A stretch of DNA of 64,000 nt from Muribaculaceae bacterium (GCA_017618355.1 JAFZUL010000146.1:4704-68703); one strand, 5' to 3'. Counted from the stretch's first letter, positions 9,578 to 20,106 are shown. Translations and numbers: made by a program. The notes: generated from the sequence alone by a model not told the origin.

Positions 9578-12500
9578 ATGAGGAAGATTTTTACTTTCAT
9601 GGTGACGCTACTTGTGGCGATAGTTGGGCTAACTGCAATGGCTCAGGCTCCACAGACCGGCGTTTACCGCATTCAGAATGTCGGTGGCAATGATTATATC
9701 CAAGTCACTGGCAAGTATGATGCCCAACTTGTTTCTTCTCAGAGCGAAGCCAGTTACATCACTGTTGGCATCGAGAAGAAACTCAGCGATGGCACCTACA
9801 AAGTGAACTCGTTGTACTCAACCTACGATGGAGGAGAAGTCGAGGTGTACGACTATTTGACAAAAGCTCTGACACTTGGAGAGATTGAGCTTCGCCGTGA
9901 GCTTGAAGGCTCTTCGGGTGAGAATGTTCAAACTGCCATCAATCGTATGCATGAGCTTGCTCAAGAGTATGGTTTTATGCGCATGATGCCCGTTGACGGC
10001 CAGGCCGACACTTATCATGCAATAGCTGTACTTCCCACTATCCCAAGTGATATCGTAGAAGTTTGGCAAGCCAAGAAGAACCCTAACAATGACTACGAGT
10101 CTGAGATTACACATGGCAACACCATGTGGGACTGGTGCATAGACATTGTTTACCGTTATCTTGACGAGCACAGTGGTGAAGGCGGAACTAACGCTGCATT
10201 GGCAGCCAAGATTCGCAACAACCTTGCCAATATTCAGGAGGGATACACCTATATGCTCACCGAAGATACTGACGGTTCATTTGGCTACATCGAAACTGGA
10301 AAAAACATCAAAGATCCTGTAACTGGCGAGACTACAGTCAATCCTGCCACCCTAACTAGCGACAACAACCGCTCTTATTGGAAACTCACCCCCAAGGTGA
10401 ACAACGAGAACGTTAAAGACGGAACTTACAAAATTCGCAACATTGGTCAAAAGACATACGTTCGCATCCGCGGCAGATATTACGCTACTCCCGATGCCGA
10501 AGAGAGCGCTGCCAGCGACATCCGCATCACCTTCGACGGCAAGGCCAATGGCGGCCAGAAGATCATCAATCTGGGTGGAAAGTATGGTGACACAGACATC
10601 GATATCTACAAATACATAGAGAAGGCTATTTTCATTGGAAAGATGGCAATTTATGACGTGCTCACCGAAGGCACTGAGGCCAATCCCGCCAGTGGTGGGA
10701 ACATCGAGTATGCCCAGGAATATTTCGAGACCGAAGTCAAGAATGCCGCCTTTATGTGCATCAAACCAGTAGAGGGCAACGATGAGGCAGTTTATGCCTA
10801 TTTCACCCTTCCCCACATCCCCGAAGAGGCTATTTATCAGATGGCGCAACATGGCGCTATCGACCCGGATAATCCGACCGAGAAGGCTGCTTGGGAGTTT
10901 GGAGTAGGCAAGGTTATGCAATACCTCCAACAGCACAGCGGGCAAGGTGGCACCGACAACACACTCGCCAGCTATATCACTGCCAACATCGGCAAGCTTC
11001 GTCCCGGTGTGACCTACTATCTGGGCGCTGAGAATAACGGCACATTCGATTACTATCCCAAGTTTGAGAACCCCGATGAAGGCTGGAGCACCAGAAGCAA
11101 CGAAAACATCATCGACAAGTTCGACGACATCAAAGCTAACATCGATTACCAGTGGGGCTTCGACGTTAAGGACGTTGAGGAAGACAACCTCACTTCAGGC
11201 ACCTACAAAGTGCGCAACGTTGAGACTGGAGACTACGTTGAGGTGCTCAGCAAGTACTATGCTAAGCCCGACACTACCGAGGCTGGTGCTACTGAGATTC
11301 ATATAACTTATAGCGGCAAGCTCGACGATGGCAGCTACAAGGTTACCAATATGAGCGCGGTTGCTAAAGACGGCAGCATGTGCGACATCCAGAGCTATGT
11401 TGACAAGGCCATCAAGCTCGGCAAGATCGCTATCGCAGATGCACTTAAGGACATGTCTGATCCAGAGGACATCGCTTATGCCCAGCAATATATGGAAGAC
11501 TTCATTCGCGCCGCTGCTTTCATGCGCGTGAAGCCAGTTGTTGGCACTAACTATGTATATGCCATTGCCACTATTCCCGAGATTCCTTACGAGGTTTATC
11601 ATGAGATGTATCGCCATGGTGTAATTGAACATGACACCAAGGAGGATGCATGGGACTATGGCGTTCAAGTGGTTCAGGATTATCTTGGTAGTCACAACAC
11701 TGATGGCACACTTGCACAACTCATTAATAATCTCATTAATGATTCTGGCATTATTCAAGGCCACACCTATTATCTGAAAGAAGACGCCAACAAAACCTTT
11801 GGCTATGTTGATGCCGCAAACTTTAGTGCTGATGACAAGACTATTCAATGGGGTATCGATCTTGAGGAGGAAGACCAGCCAGTTGAGAGCGACTTCTACA
11901 AGATTCACAACGTGGGCAATGACAAGTATGTTAAGGTTTATGACCGTTACTATGCTAAGCCCGATGTTGATGAAGCCAACGCAACTCCAATCGCCGTGAC
12001 TATCGACGGCATGCTCGAGGACGGCTCAATGAAGGTCACCAACCTCGTGGGCGACGGACGCAACATCCAGAGTTATGTAGATCATGCGATTGAACTTGGC
12101 AATGCTCTTATTGATCAGCTTCTTGCTGGTGAGAACTCTCAATATGGACCATCTGATCCAGATAATATAGCAAGGGCTAAAGCCGCTATGGAATCGTTTA
12201 TTCGCGAGAACGCTTATATGCGTGTGAAACTCGTTCCTGGCGAGACCGATGCTTACTATGCTTATGTAACACTCCCAACCGTTCCCGATAGCATTGTTAC
12301 TGAATGGAGAAAGAAAGTGCCAGAAAGCGTATTCCCAGGTTCAATGCGCGATTGGGCAGTGCAGCAGGTTCTTAATTATCTCAACAACCATCCACAGGTT
12401 GACAATACACTTGCCGCTATGGTTCGCGCTAATATCAACCGCCTATATGAGGGTCACACCTACTACCTACGCGCCGACGGCGACGGCACATTCGGCTTTG

Positions 12501-14386
12501 CCGATGCCACTCTTAATGAGATGGACTTCAGCAACAGCAAAGCTGCCCAGCATTACTGGTGGGGCTTCGCCGATGCCATCAAGGCTGAGCCTGTAAGCGG
12601 ATACTTCCGCGTTAAGGGCGCTGACGGCAAGTATGTGAACGTCACTGGCAAGTTTGCCGCTACTCCTAACTTGGATGCAACTGCAGCCAAGACAGCAGCT
12701 GGTTCTGTAATCTACATCGGCACTGGCGAGACTAAGAACACCAAGACCTTGCCTCTCGACACTCTGCGCTCGCAAGGCGTTGATGTAGGTCAATACATGA
12801 CAATGCTTAATGATGTTCTTGGTGTTGTGGCCGGAACTGCAATTCAAGTAGCAACTGAGAAACTTGAAGACTCTAATTACAGCCAGTATGCTGGCTTGGT
12901 AGAGCCTCTGGCTCAGACTCTCCTTGAAAGCGTTGACCTCAACCTTTATGTTGAGCCAACTCTCACTAGCGATGGCAAAGAGGCCTATATGCTCGAGGTT
13001 AACATTCCTGACTTGGCTGAGTACTGCGACTTAGCACTCGATGCTCTAGAACTTATGGGCAAGACCCAAGCTGATCTCGTTCGCAAACTTGGCGAATTGG
13101 AGGCTGAAGCACAAGGAACAATGAAGACCCTCCTGGGTATTGCCAAGCGTGCTGCGCAATATCTTGATGATCCCGATACGATGTGGGAGAAACTTAAAGA
13201 GAACGCTATACCATACGTTCAAACCTACTTTATCGACAACTCATATGATGAGCAACTTGGTGTTTCAGGTGGGGTAATGAGTCAAGTTGGCCAGTTTATC
13301 CTCAATGCTCTGAACAATCCCGACTTCAACTATGGCACTACTTACTGCTTGCGTCAAGATGCCGACGGCACCTTTGGTTACGCTAGCCGTGAAAGTCTGG
13401 CAGATGTAGATGACGGCAAGTGGATACTCGAGCCATTCGATGAGCAAGATCCCAACTATGATGCCGAGAATTATATTCCATTCGTGGTTTCTACTGATTT
13501 CACACAGGAAACTTACACAAATGAACAAAATGTGGGTGTAACCAACGTAGGACCATCATACAACTTCACAACCACCTATCTTGACTTTGATGCCAAGATT
13601 GAGACTCAGAATGTGAAAGCATATAAAGTATCGAGTACCGAGAGAGTTGAGTCTTATGTTAAAGAGAATGGTCAAGTAGTACGTACTAATGTTTACTATA
13701 TTGCCCATCTTGAAGATGTAGATGTTACAAATGGCATTCCTGCTGCTACTCCAGTGGTTCTTAGGTCTGATGAGGGCGACACAGAGATTCAACTCCGCCC
13801 AATCAACAAGCCCGAGCATCCTGCAGTAGAAAGTGGCGAACTTGAAGCTGTGAAGGACAAAATCATTGAGTTGTTCCAGAATAAGGTTAATGGCATGACT
13901 ACACAAGGTGCACCATCGCCAAGAGCAATTTCAGAGGCAACAAACGACAGTCCACTCGTTGGCTCATACTTCAACGAAGAGGTTGATGCAAGTGACGCAA
14001 ATATTTATATGCCTCTTGCTAGCAAAACAAAACGTGAAGATGACTCATTTGCCCTTGACATGGAAGGTCTTGGATTCTGGAAAGACGGCATAACAGAGCT
14101 TGAAGGCAATAAGGCTTATATGTATGGTGTTGGCCAAGAGGAGTTTATGCCCAGAGAAACTTTTGAACAGGGAACAGTTGGAAGTGCTCCAGGTTATATT
14201 TTCCAGTATCCTGATGGAGATAACACCTTCACTCGCATTGAGAATGTGAGCACCATTAAGGAAGTGAAGTCTGTTCGCTACTACAACACTCTTGGTGTTG
14301 AGAGCAATACTCCTTTCGATGGCGTTAATGTTATCGTGACCACCTTTACTGATGGCACTCGTTCCACTGTCAAGGTTATAAAATAA
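9578..14386 (+). CDS. Large secreted protein with five ~240-aa internal repeats and a T9SS-type CTD
   Basis: Signal peptide; repeats begin near 9653, 10418, 11195, 11888 and 12596; ends YYNTLGVESNTPFDGVNVIVTTFTDGTRSTVKVIK; TATATTTG box at 9424-9431. Confidence 0.85.
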   Translation: MRKIFTFMVTLLVAIVGLTAMAQAPQTGVYRIQNVGGNDYIQVTGKYDAQLVSSQSEASYITVGIEKKLSDGTYKVNSLYSTYDGGEVEVYDYLTKALTLGEIELRRELEGSSGENVQTAINRMHELAQEYGFMRMMPVDGQADTYHAIAVLPTIPSDIVEVWQAKKNPNNDYESEITHGNTMWDWCIDIVYRYLDEHSGEGGTNAALAAKIRNNLANIQEGYTYMLTEDTDGSFGYIETGKNIKDPVTGETTVNPATLTSDNNRSYWKLTPKVNNENVKDGTYKIRNIGQKTYVRIRGRYYATPDAEESAASDIRITFDGKANGGQKIINLGGKYGDTDIDIYKYIEKAIFIGKMAIYDVLTEGTEANPASGGNIEYAQEYFETEVKNAAFMCIKPVEGNDEAVYAYFTLPHIPEEAIYQMAQHGAIDPDNPTEKAAWEFGVGKVMQYLQQHSGQGGTDNTLASYITANIGKLRPGVTYYLGAENNGTFDYYPKFENPDEGWSTRSNENIIDKFDDIKANIDYQWGFDVKDVEEDNLTSGTYKVRNVETGDYVEVLSKYYAKPDTTEAGATEIHITYSGKLDDGSYKVTNMSAVAKDGSMCDIQSYVDKAIKLGKIAIADALKDMSDPEDIAYAQQYMEDFIRAAAFMRVKPVVGTNYVYAIATIPEIPYEVYHEMYRHGVIEHDTKEDAWDYGVQVVQDYLGSHNTDGTLAQLINNLINDSGIIQGHTYYLKEDANKTFGYVDAANFSADDKTIQWGIDLEEEDQPVESDFYKIHNVGNDKYVKVYDRYYAKPDVDEANATPIAVTIDGMLEDGSMKVTNLVGDGRNIQSYVDHAIELGNALIDQLLAGENSQYGPSDPDNIARAKAAMESFIRENAYMRVKLVPGETDAYYAYVTLPTVPDSIVTEWRKKVPESVFPGSMRDWAVQQVLNYLNNHPQVDNTLAAMVRANINRLYEGHTYYLRADGDGTFGFADATLNEMDFSNSKAAQHYWWGFADAIKAEPVSGYFRVKGADGKYVNVTGKFAATPNLDATAAKTAAGSVIYIGTGETKNTKTLPLDTLRSQGVDVGQYMTMLNDVLGVVAGTAIQVATEKLEDSNYSQYAGLVEPLAQTLLESVDLNLYVEPTLTSDGKEAYMLEVNIPDLAEYCDLALDALELMGKTQADLVRKLGELEAEAQGTMKTLLGIAKRAAQYLDDPDTMWEKLKENAIPYVQTYFIDNSYDEQLGVSGGVMSQVGQFILNALNNPDFNYGTTYCLRQDADGTFGYASRESLADVDDGKWILEPFDEQDPNYDAENYIPFVVSTDFTQETYTNEQNVGVTNVGPSYNFTTTYLDFDAKIETQNVKAYKVSSTERVESYVKENGQVVRTNVYYIAHLEDVDVTNGIPAATPVVLRSDEGDTEIQLRPINKPEHPAVESGELEAVKDKIIELFQNKVNGMTTQGAPSPRAISEATNDSPLVGSYFNEEVDASDANIYMPLASKTKREDDSFALDMEGLGFWKDGITELEGNKAYMYGVGQEEFMPRETFEQGTVGSAPGYIFQYPDGDNTFTRIENVSTIKEVKSVRYYNTLGVESNTPFDGVNVIVTTFTDGTRSTVKVIK

Positions 14387-14414
14387 GATAATTCTTACGT
14401 TTGCTAAATTAAAA

Positions 14415-14459
14415 AAGAAGTCCATAGGTTATTGGGATTTTGAAATCTATGGACTTCTT
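14415..14459 (+). terminator. Inverted repeat, probable terminator or processing stem
   Basis: AAGAAGTCCATAG ... CTATGGACTTCTT. Confidence 0.55.
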
Positions 14460-14483
14460 GTAATTTAAAATTTTGATGTAAAT

Positions 14484-17243
14484 ATGAAAAAGTTATTCTT
14501 TTTATTTATTTGTATATCATATTACACAATTTCTTTCGCTAATTATAGTGGATATGTCAAAGTGAATGTATCATCCACTCCCACGGGTGAAGGCACAGTG
14601 TATGCAACAATAGAAACGCCAACCAATAATCCAAATTATGCCCTTAACGAATATCACACTAATACTACACAAATTAGTGCCGGCGCTACGTCTTCCGCCA
14701 ATTCAATAGCATATCTCTATGCTCAAAAGTCGGAGAATCAAACATCAAATTATATATTTGAGAAATGGACAGCTACGTCGCCAACGGGTTGGACTTCATA
14801 TAAGTCTAAGGCATCAGTACCTGTTTCAGCAACGAGTAGAGGCGACGGCGCCACATCTTCAAGTTCACCTAAAGAGTATTCTCTCATAGCAAGTTTTAAA
14901 GAAGCAGGCGCTGTAATAGCAGTGTCCTCTGATGAAACCAAGGGCGTTGTTATTAACAGCAAAATTGACAATACTGTTAATGAGACAATTACTCTAACTG
15001 CTATTGAAAATATTTTTAAGGGCGAGTTCAAATATTGGCTTGATCCTTCAAATAAAAAAATATATGATAAGTCATTTACTTTAAAAGTCAGTGATAATAA
15101 TGCAGGTATTTATACTGCAGTTTTTGATGATAGAGATTTGACTCAGGGCATGTATATAATGCTATATAATGAACAAACTTCAAAATATTTGGGATTATTA
15201 GGAAATAATGATGACGTTAGTGATAATCAACGTTATTTTCATAATTCTATACTGCTTGCCGACGGTCAATTTGCGCATTCATCACCTGCATTTGTTTTGA
15301 AGATTTCTGGCTCTCCAGACGATTATTTTAATTTAACGAACATAGATTTTGCAGCTCAAGGAACTAGTATAAAGGAAAATCCCTCAGCTAGTTCTGGAGT
15401 ACTGAATTTTTATAGGATTAAAGATGGTTCTTATCATATCAGAGGAGAATTCTTTAGTAACATAGGATTTATGTGTTATTCTACCACTAGTGGTAGTAAT
15501 TATGGTACTCCTACAACAGTAGAAGAGCATTATGGTACAGTTTATCATCCTGGCGCATATAATGGTGCAGGATGGAATACTCCAGCTCATTTTTGGAAAA
15601 TTGCTATATTGACCGAAGATGAACAGACCCATTGTTTTGGCGCAGAACCTAAAAGTACGCAAGTTTTTGATGGGAAGTATTATACCACAATGTACACTGC
15701 ATTTCCCTACAGATGTCTTGATGGTGTAAACGCATTTATTGTTGACCGTATCAACAATGATGGGACAATTCATCTCAAAAAGATTAGTAGTGGAATAGTT
15801 CCTGCCGAGACACCAGTTATTTTACAGTGCAACACAACAGCAGCGAAGACCAATCGCCTGTTGCCATTAATGGAAGTACCAAATAGCATTTCTGAGACAA
15901 ATTATTTAAAGGGAGAGATTTGGATTAAGAATTACAAAAATCAAGAGTCATCTTACCGTACAGCTTTCAATAATAGCACGATGCGCGTCTTGAATAATAA
16001 CGAGTGTAAATTCAAGAATGTCAATAATGAAGACATCTTAGCAAGCACAGGAGAAGTGGGCACATTGACTTACATCCAGAATAACACATGTTATTTAAAC
16101 TTATCTAAGATTTCAGCTAGCGACAAGAAAGACGAATATACTTTTGAGATTCCAAAGGCTCCAGAAATCACGCCAGAGTCACAGGCTTATACAAGCGGGG
16201 AGTCTGTCCCTGTTACTATTTCTTGTACTTCTCAAGGAGTGTCAATTAAATATTCCTTTGATGAAGGTGAGACATGGCTTGATTATGCTTCTGGTGCGTC
16301 AATTGACATTTTAGATAATACAACAATCTGGGCCAAAGCAATTGATCCTGAAAATGATTTTGAAAGCGAAATCACTACTGCTACCTACTCATTTAATCCC
16401 AAATCCATTCACTTGGATGAACTTCCAACAACAGCAGATCAAATCACGTATAATATAGTTGATCCTCTGACTGTGGCTTATGTTGACAAAAACGGCATCA
16501 TTTATGCTAAGGATGATGATGGTGCAGACGAGCAATCTCCTGGAATTAATGAAACTGACTTTATGGATGAGCATTATGGCCAGAACACTTATATTGATCA
16601 CAGCAATTGGGTAGCAATAGATGCTAGTTCGATTGACTTACCAAAGATTACGGCAGGTAATAGCCGAATTGATGTGACTGGTAAGGTGCTAGCTCTTGAA
16701 GCATCGCCTAATCATACAATAAAAGCAACTAGGATTGAGAAGATTGATGATCTTGGCGGTTTTGTTCCTAACACTTACTGTGTAGTAAACTTTATTGGTT
16801 CTCATTTCCAGATTGATCAAACAAATTACTTCTTTGCTGCTCCACAAGCCAATGAGATTGCTGAGGTTATATGGGCACAATACAATGGAAACGACACCTT
16901 TGTCGTTCCATATGGCACAGGTTTTACAGGTACGTTAAATGCTAACTTCGACTTGTACGCTGATGAGGATAATTACATTCTGAAACCTGGTAGTCAGTAT
17001 CGATTCATTGGCCTTGTAAATAAGTTGGTCACCAAAGACGGAGGCTATAAGGTATATCCACTTGAAGGGCTTAAAGATATGACAATTACTGGTGTTCAGA
17101 CTGTTGAAACCACAGGCAACATTGTTAGCGTGAAGTACTACAACATGATGGGCATTGAGAGTAACGTGCCGTTCAAGGGTGTGAATATCGTTGTGACCAC
17201 CTACAATGATGGCTCTCGCACTACTACCAAAGTGCTCCGTTAA
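14484..17243 (+). CDS. Secreted multidomain protein with an Fn3-associated/chitobiase-C-like domain and a T9SS-type CTD
   Basis: Signal peptide; APEITP...VTISC...IKYSFD...TIWAKA...SEITTATY module; CTD YYNMMGIESNVPFKGVNIVVTTYNDGSRTTTKVLR. Confidence 0.8.
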   Translation: MKKLFFLFICISYYTISFANYSGYVKVNVSSTPTGEGTVYATIETPTNNPNYALNEYHTNTTQISAGATSSANSIAYLYAQKSENQTSNYIFEKWTATSPTGWTSYKSKASVPVSATSRGDGATSSSSPKEYSLIASFKEAGAVIAVSSDETKGVVINSKIDNTVNETITLTAIENIFKGEFKYWLDPSNKKIYDKSFTLKVSDNNAGIYTAVFDDRDLTQGMYIMLYNEQTSKYLGLLGNNDDVSDNQRYFHNSILLADGQFAHSSPAFVLKISGSPDDYFNLTNIDFAAQGTSIKENPSASSGVLNFYRIKDGSYHIRGEFFSNIGFMCYSTTSGSNYGTPTTVEEHYGTVYHPGAYNGAGWNTPAHFWKIAILTEDEQTHCFGAEPKSTQVFDGKYYTTMYTAFPYRCLDGVNAFIVDRINNDGTIHLKKISSGIVPAETPVILQCNTTAAKTNRLLPLMEVPNSISETNYLKGEIWIKNYKNQESSYRTAFNNSTMRVLNNNECKFKNVNNEDILASTGEVGTLTYIQNNTCYLNLSKISASDKKDEYTFEIPKAPEITPESQAYTSGESVPVTISCTSQGVSIKYSFDEGETWLDYASGASIDILDNTTIWAKAIDPENDFESEITTATYSFNPKSIHLDELPTTADQITYNIVDPLTVAYVDKNGIIYAKDDDGADEQSPGINETDFMDEHYGQNTYIDHSNWVAIDASSIDLPKITAGNSRIDVTGKVLALEASPNHTIKATRIEKIDDLGGFVPNTYCVVNFIGSHFQIDQTNYFFAAPQANEIAEVIWAQYNGNDTFVVPYGTGFTGTLNANFDLYADEDNYILKPGSQYRFIGLVNKLVTKDGGYKVYPLEGLKDMTITGVQTVETTGNIVSVKYYNMMGIESNVPFKGVNIVVTTYNDGSRTTTKVLR

Positions 17244-17256
17244 AACATTAATAATT

Positions 17257-17296
17257 AGTAAAAGGTGCATCATCATTGACGCACCTTTTACTTTTT
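17257..17296 (+). terminator. Intrinsic terminator
   Basis: AGTAAAAGGTGC...GCACCTTTTACT followed by T tract. Confidence 0.7.
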
Positions 17297-17312
17297 ACTT
17301 TATTTTGTTGTT

Positions 17313-18587
17313 ATGATGTTATATAGGAAAATTCTTTTTTTGATTGTTGCGTTTTTGCCTTGTGTGGCTACCGCTCAGATGGCAGAAGATGTGAACCGTG
17401 ACAATTTCATCAATAGTGGCGACATCACCACGATTTATCGCTATATGCTTCACGGCGCAGACCAGTTTGCCGATAACTGCGATGTGAACGGTGACGGTGT
17501 AGTTACAGCGAGAGACATCACTTCCATTTACGACTACATGTTGTGGCGTGACACCAGCAATGACCGCCGCATGAGTTTCCTGCACATAAGCGACACCCAC
17601 AGTGTTGACGTGACTCTCGCTCCTGCTCTTGAGATTCTCAATAGCGACCCCACCTTCAGCTTCATGATACTCACTGGCGACTTTTTACCCACCGAGACGA
17701 TGATTCAAGAGGTGCTAGCAAGCGAGAAACCAGTATTTGTCATTCCTGGCAACCACGATGCATGGAACGAAGGAGATGTCACTTATTCTTATGGGCAACA
17801 AGGCTTCCGTGAACAGGTACTGAACCGCCTCTATCCCAATGGTGAGGTAAACTTTGGTGACGACATTGCCAACTTTTTCTATGCCGACGTGACGCAAAAC
17901 GACTGCACTATACGCGTAATTGGCCTCGACCTCTACGATTTTGCCAATATGGGCAAACCTGTTGTGATGAATAGCGTGGTGTTCTCGCAAAAGCAGATTG
18001 ACTGGCTGATTGATGTGCTTGAAAACAGCGGTGACAAAGACGGAGTGATAATAATGACCCACAACGGGTTTGGAAATTCTCTTCAGAACACAAGAGACCC
18101 CAACTATGTAAATGAATTCATCTCAATTAATGCTTACGCTTGGTGGGATACTTATAACTATTTTGGTGACGGTGATGCAATACTTATTCCAAGCATTGTA
18201 GAGGCCTATATGACCGGGGATGACCTTACTGATGCTCAATTCAAAAGCGGTCACAAAGTAAATAAGGTGTCACAAATGATTAATGTGACAACCCATTTCA
18301 ATGAGCCTCACAACAATTTCATCGCTTACTATGGCGGGCATGTGCATTTTGATGTAGTGGAGTACCTTAGTGAATACCCCAATCAATTAATGAGCATTAT
18401 TGCTTATGGTGGGCGTGGTAAAGGCAATAATTTGAACGACCTTATCAAAACCAATACTGGCGTGGACAGCTACACCATCAATGCCAGCAATATCAACTTT
18501 ACTACTCATGAACACAAAATTGTTCGTTTGGGTTCACAAAGGAAAGATGATGGCACCCTGCGTGAAAGCATCCTATTCAACTTTTGA
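17313..18587 (+). CDS. N-terminal dockerin + calcineurin-like metallophosphoesterase
   Basis: DVNRDNFINSGD/DVNGDGVVTARD loops; HISDTH, TGDF, GNHD and GHVH motifs. Confidence 0.85.
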   Translation: MMLYRKILFLIVAFLPCVATAQMAEDVNRDNFINSGDITTIYRYMLHGADQFADNCDVNGDGVVTARDITSIYDYMLWRDTSNDRRMSFLHISDTHSVDVTLAPALEILNSDPTFSFMILTGDFLPTETMIQEVLASEKPVFVIPGNHDAWNEGDVTYSYGQQGFREQVLNRLYPNGEVNFGDDIANFFYADVTQNDCTIRVIGLDLYDFANMGKPVVMNSVVFSQKQIDWLIDVLENSGDKDGVIIMTHNGFGNSLQNTRDPNYVNEFISINAYAWWDTYNYFGDGDAILIPSIVEAYMTGDDLTDAQFKSGHKVNKVSQMINVTTHFNEPHNNFIAYYGGHVHFDVVEYLSEYPNQLMSIIAYGGRGKGNNLNDLIKTNTGVDSYTINASNINFTTHEHKIVRLGSQRKDDGTLRESILFNF

Positions 18588-18640
18588 CGGCTAATTTGGC
18601 TAATTATACAAATAATCATTAATTTAAAAGCATATTAAAT

Positions 18641-19819
18641 ATGAAAAAGATTTTTACATTATTTATTGTTGCTGCTGTTGCATTCTTAGCAATGGCAGGG
18701 GATATCACAACTAATGTGTCCCAGACCACAAACTCTGCTAAAGAGTTCTCAATGTCAAAGAGTTCAGAGGGGAGTAATCCTATGAATGTGTATTCTGAGT
18801 TGGCAATTCAATACATTGGCACAATACAACGTAAATATTATTTTGTCGAATGTATGATTCATCCAGAAGACATGGACAACGTGCCCATTGGAGCAAAAGT
18901 AACCTCAATCGCTTGTGGTGGAGAAAAAAGAGTAGGACTAGATGGTTCAGAAAGTGCCGATAGTCTCTATCTTGCTGCGTACATTCAAAATGATGTTGAT
19001 CCAGAGACCGACTCTTATACTGAAGGTGGCTATGAAGCTGCAAAAGCTTCTTATGCTGAAGATGAACTATATGGTCCCATGACAAAGATTGGGCTTACGG
19101 CTCCTGAAGGTGAAGAAGCTCAAGTTATTCACTCTGATTTTAATATTACTAAACCCTTCCATTACACAGGCAATATCTTTAAGGTAGGTATGGACATGTA
19201 TCTTCCTGATGCTGTATTCTTTCGTTATTATACTACAATAGCAGCTGAAGAGGTTGCAACGACTTATCATCTTGAACCTGTAAGTAGCATGAATAACATT
19301 TGCTTATATTACGGGTGTGAATATCAATATTTGATAAACATGATGAACAACAATGGGGTTGACATGTATTTTGAACCCAATACTTTGCCTGCGTTCACTT
19401 TATCTTATTTCACCAATGACGTGAAGGGTAATGTGACAGGCGCTAATGGCGAACTTACACTTAGCGACGGCGAGGAGACCTTTACTGCTGCTGTTGATGA
19501 AAATGGCGACTTTGCCTTTGAGAATGTGGACTATACCAAGACCTACACTCTGAGTCTAAATGGCGAGGTTGTTGCCGAAGGTCTGGCTTTTGAAGACATC
19601 ACCAAGGACATCTATGTTGAAATTGAGGCTGGAGGCAGCACTCCAATTGTTGGCGACGTTAACGGCGACGGTGTGGTTACAGCAACTGATGTGACTTTGC
19701 TCTACAATGTAATGCTCAACAACAACTATGAGGGAGTGGTTAATGGCGATCAAGATGGCGATGGCAATATCACTGCTGGTGATGTTACCACTGTTTACAA
19801 TGTCCTCCTTGGCAACTAA
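18641..19819 (+). CDS. Secreted hypothetical protein with prealbumin/CnaB-like segment and C-terminal dockerin
   Basis: Signal peptide; VDENGDFAFENV...YTL segment; dockerin at about 19652-19816. Confidence 0.8.
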   Translation: MKKIFTLFIVAAVAFLAMAGDITTNVSQTTNSAKEFSMSKSSEGSNPMNVYSELAIQYIGTIQRKYYFVECMIHPEDMDNVPIGAKVTSIACGGEKRVGLDGSESADSLYLAAYIQNDVDPETDSYTEGGYEAAKASYAEDELYGPMTKIGLTAPEGEEAQVIHSDFNITKPFHYTGNIFKVGMDMYLPDAVFFRYYTTIAAEEVATTYHLEPVSSMNNICLYYGCEYQYLINMMNNNGVDMYFEPNTLPAFTLSYFTNDVKGNVTGANGELTLSDGEETFTAAVDENGDFAFENVDYTKTYTLSLNGEVVAEGLAFEDITKDIYVEIEAGGSTPIVGDVNGDGVVTATDVTLLYNVMLNNNYEGVVNGDQDGDGNITAGDVTTVYNVLLGN

Positions 19820-19844
19820 TCAGGCAGAATAACCGACTAAAGCT

Positions 19845-19882
19845 AAAAAAGTGCGCTTCCCTTAACGGCAGCGCACTTTTTT
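19845..19882 (+). terminator. Intrinsic terminator (bidirectional shape)
   Basis: AAAAAAGTGCGCT...AGCGCACTTTTTT. Confidence 0.75.
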
Positions 19883-20005
19883 GTTATGTCCATGCCCTAT
19901 GCCGAGGTAAAAAACAAAAACACCATGCTTGCGAGGCTTTGCGACAATGATAGGTATAAACTTTGTGAGAAAAAACACCGCGCCTGTGCAGCAAGATTCC
20001 GCATT

Positions 20006-20042
20006 AAAAAAGGTCGCCCCACATTCGGAGCGACCTTTTTTT
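20006..20042 (-). terminator. Intrinsic terminator for the S8 protease gene
   Basis: AAAAAAGGTCGC...GCGACCTTTTTT. Confidence 0.75.
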
Positions 20043-20106
20043 GATTATTGTTGCAGGCGAAATACGTTCCTCGTTCTACGATTCACGTTTCTCGCGCCAC
20101 AGGCGC

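Noticed and set aside
2459-19819. Classical cellulosome or polysaccharide utilisation locus
   Set aside because: No cohesin, no recognisable cellulase and no SusC/SusD pair.
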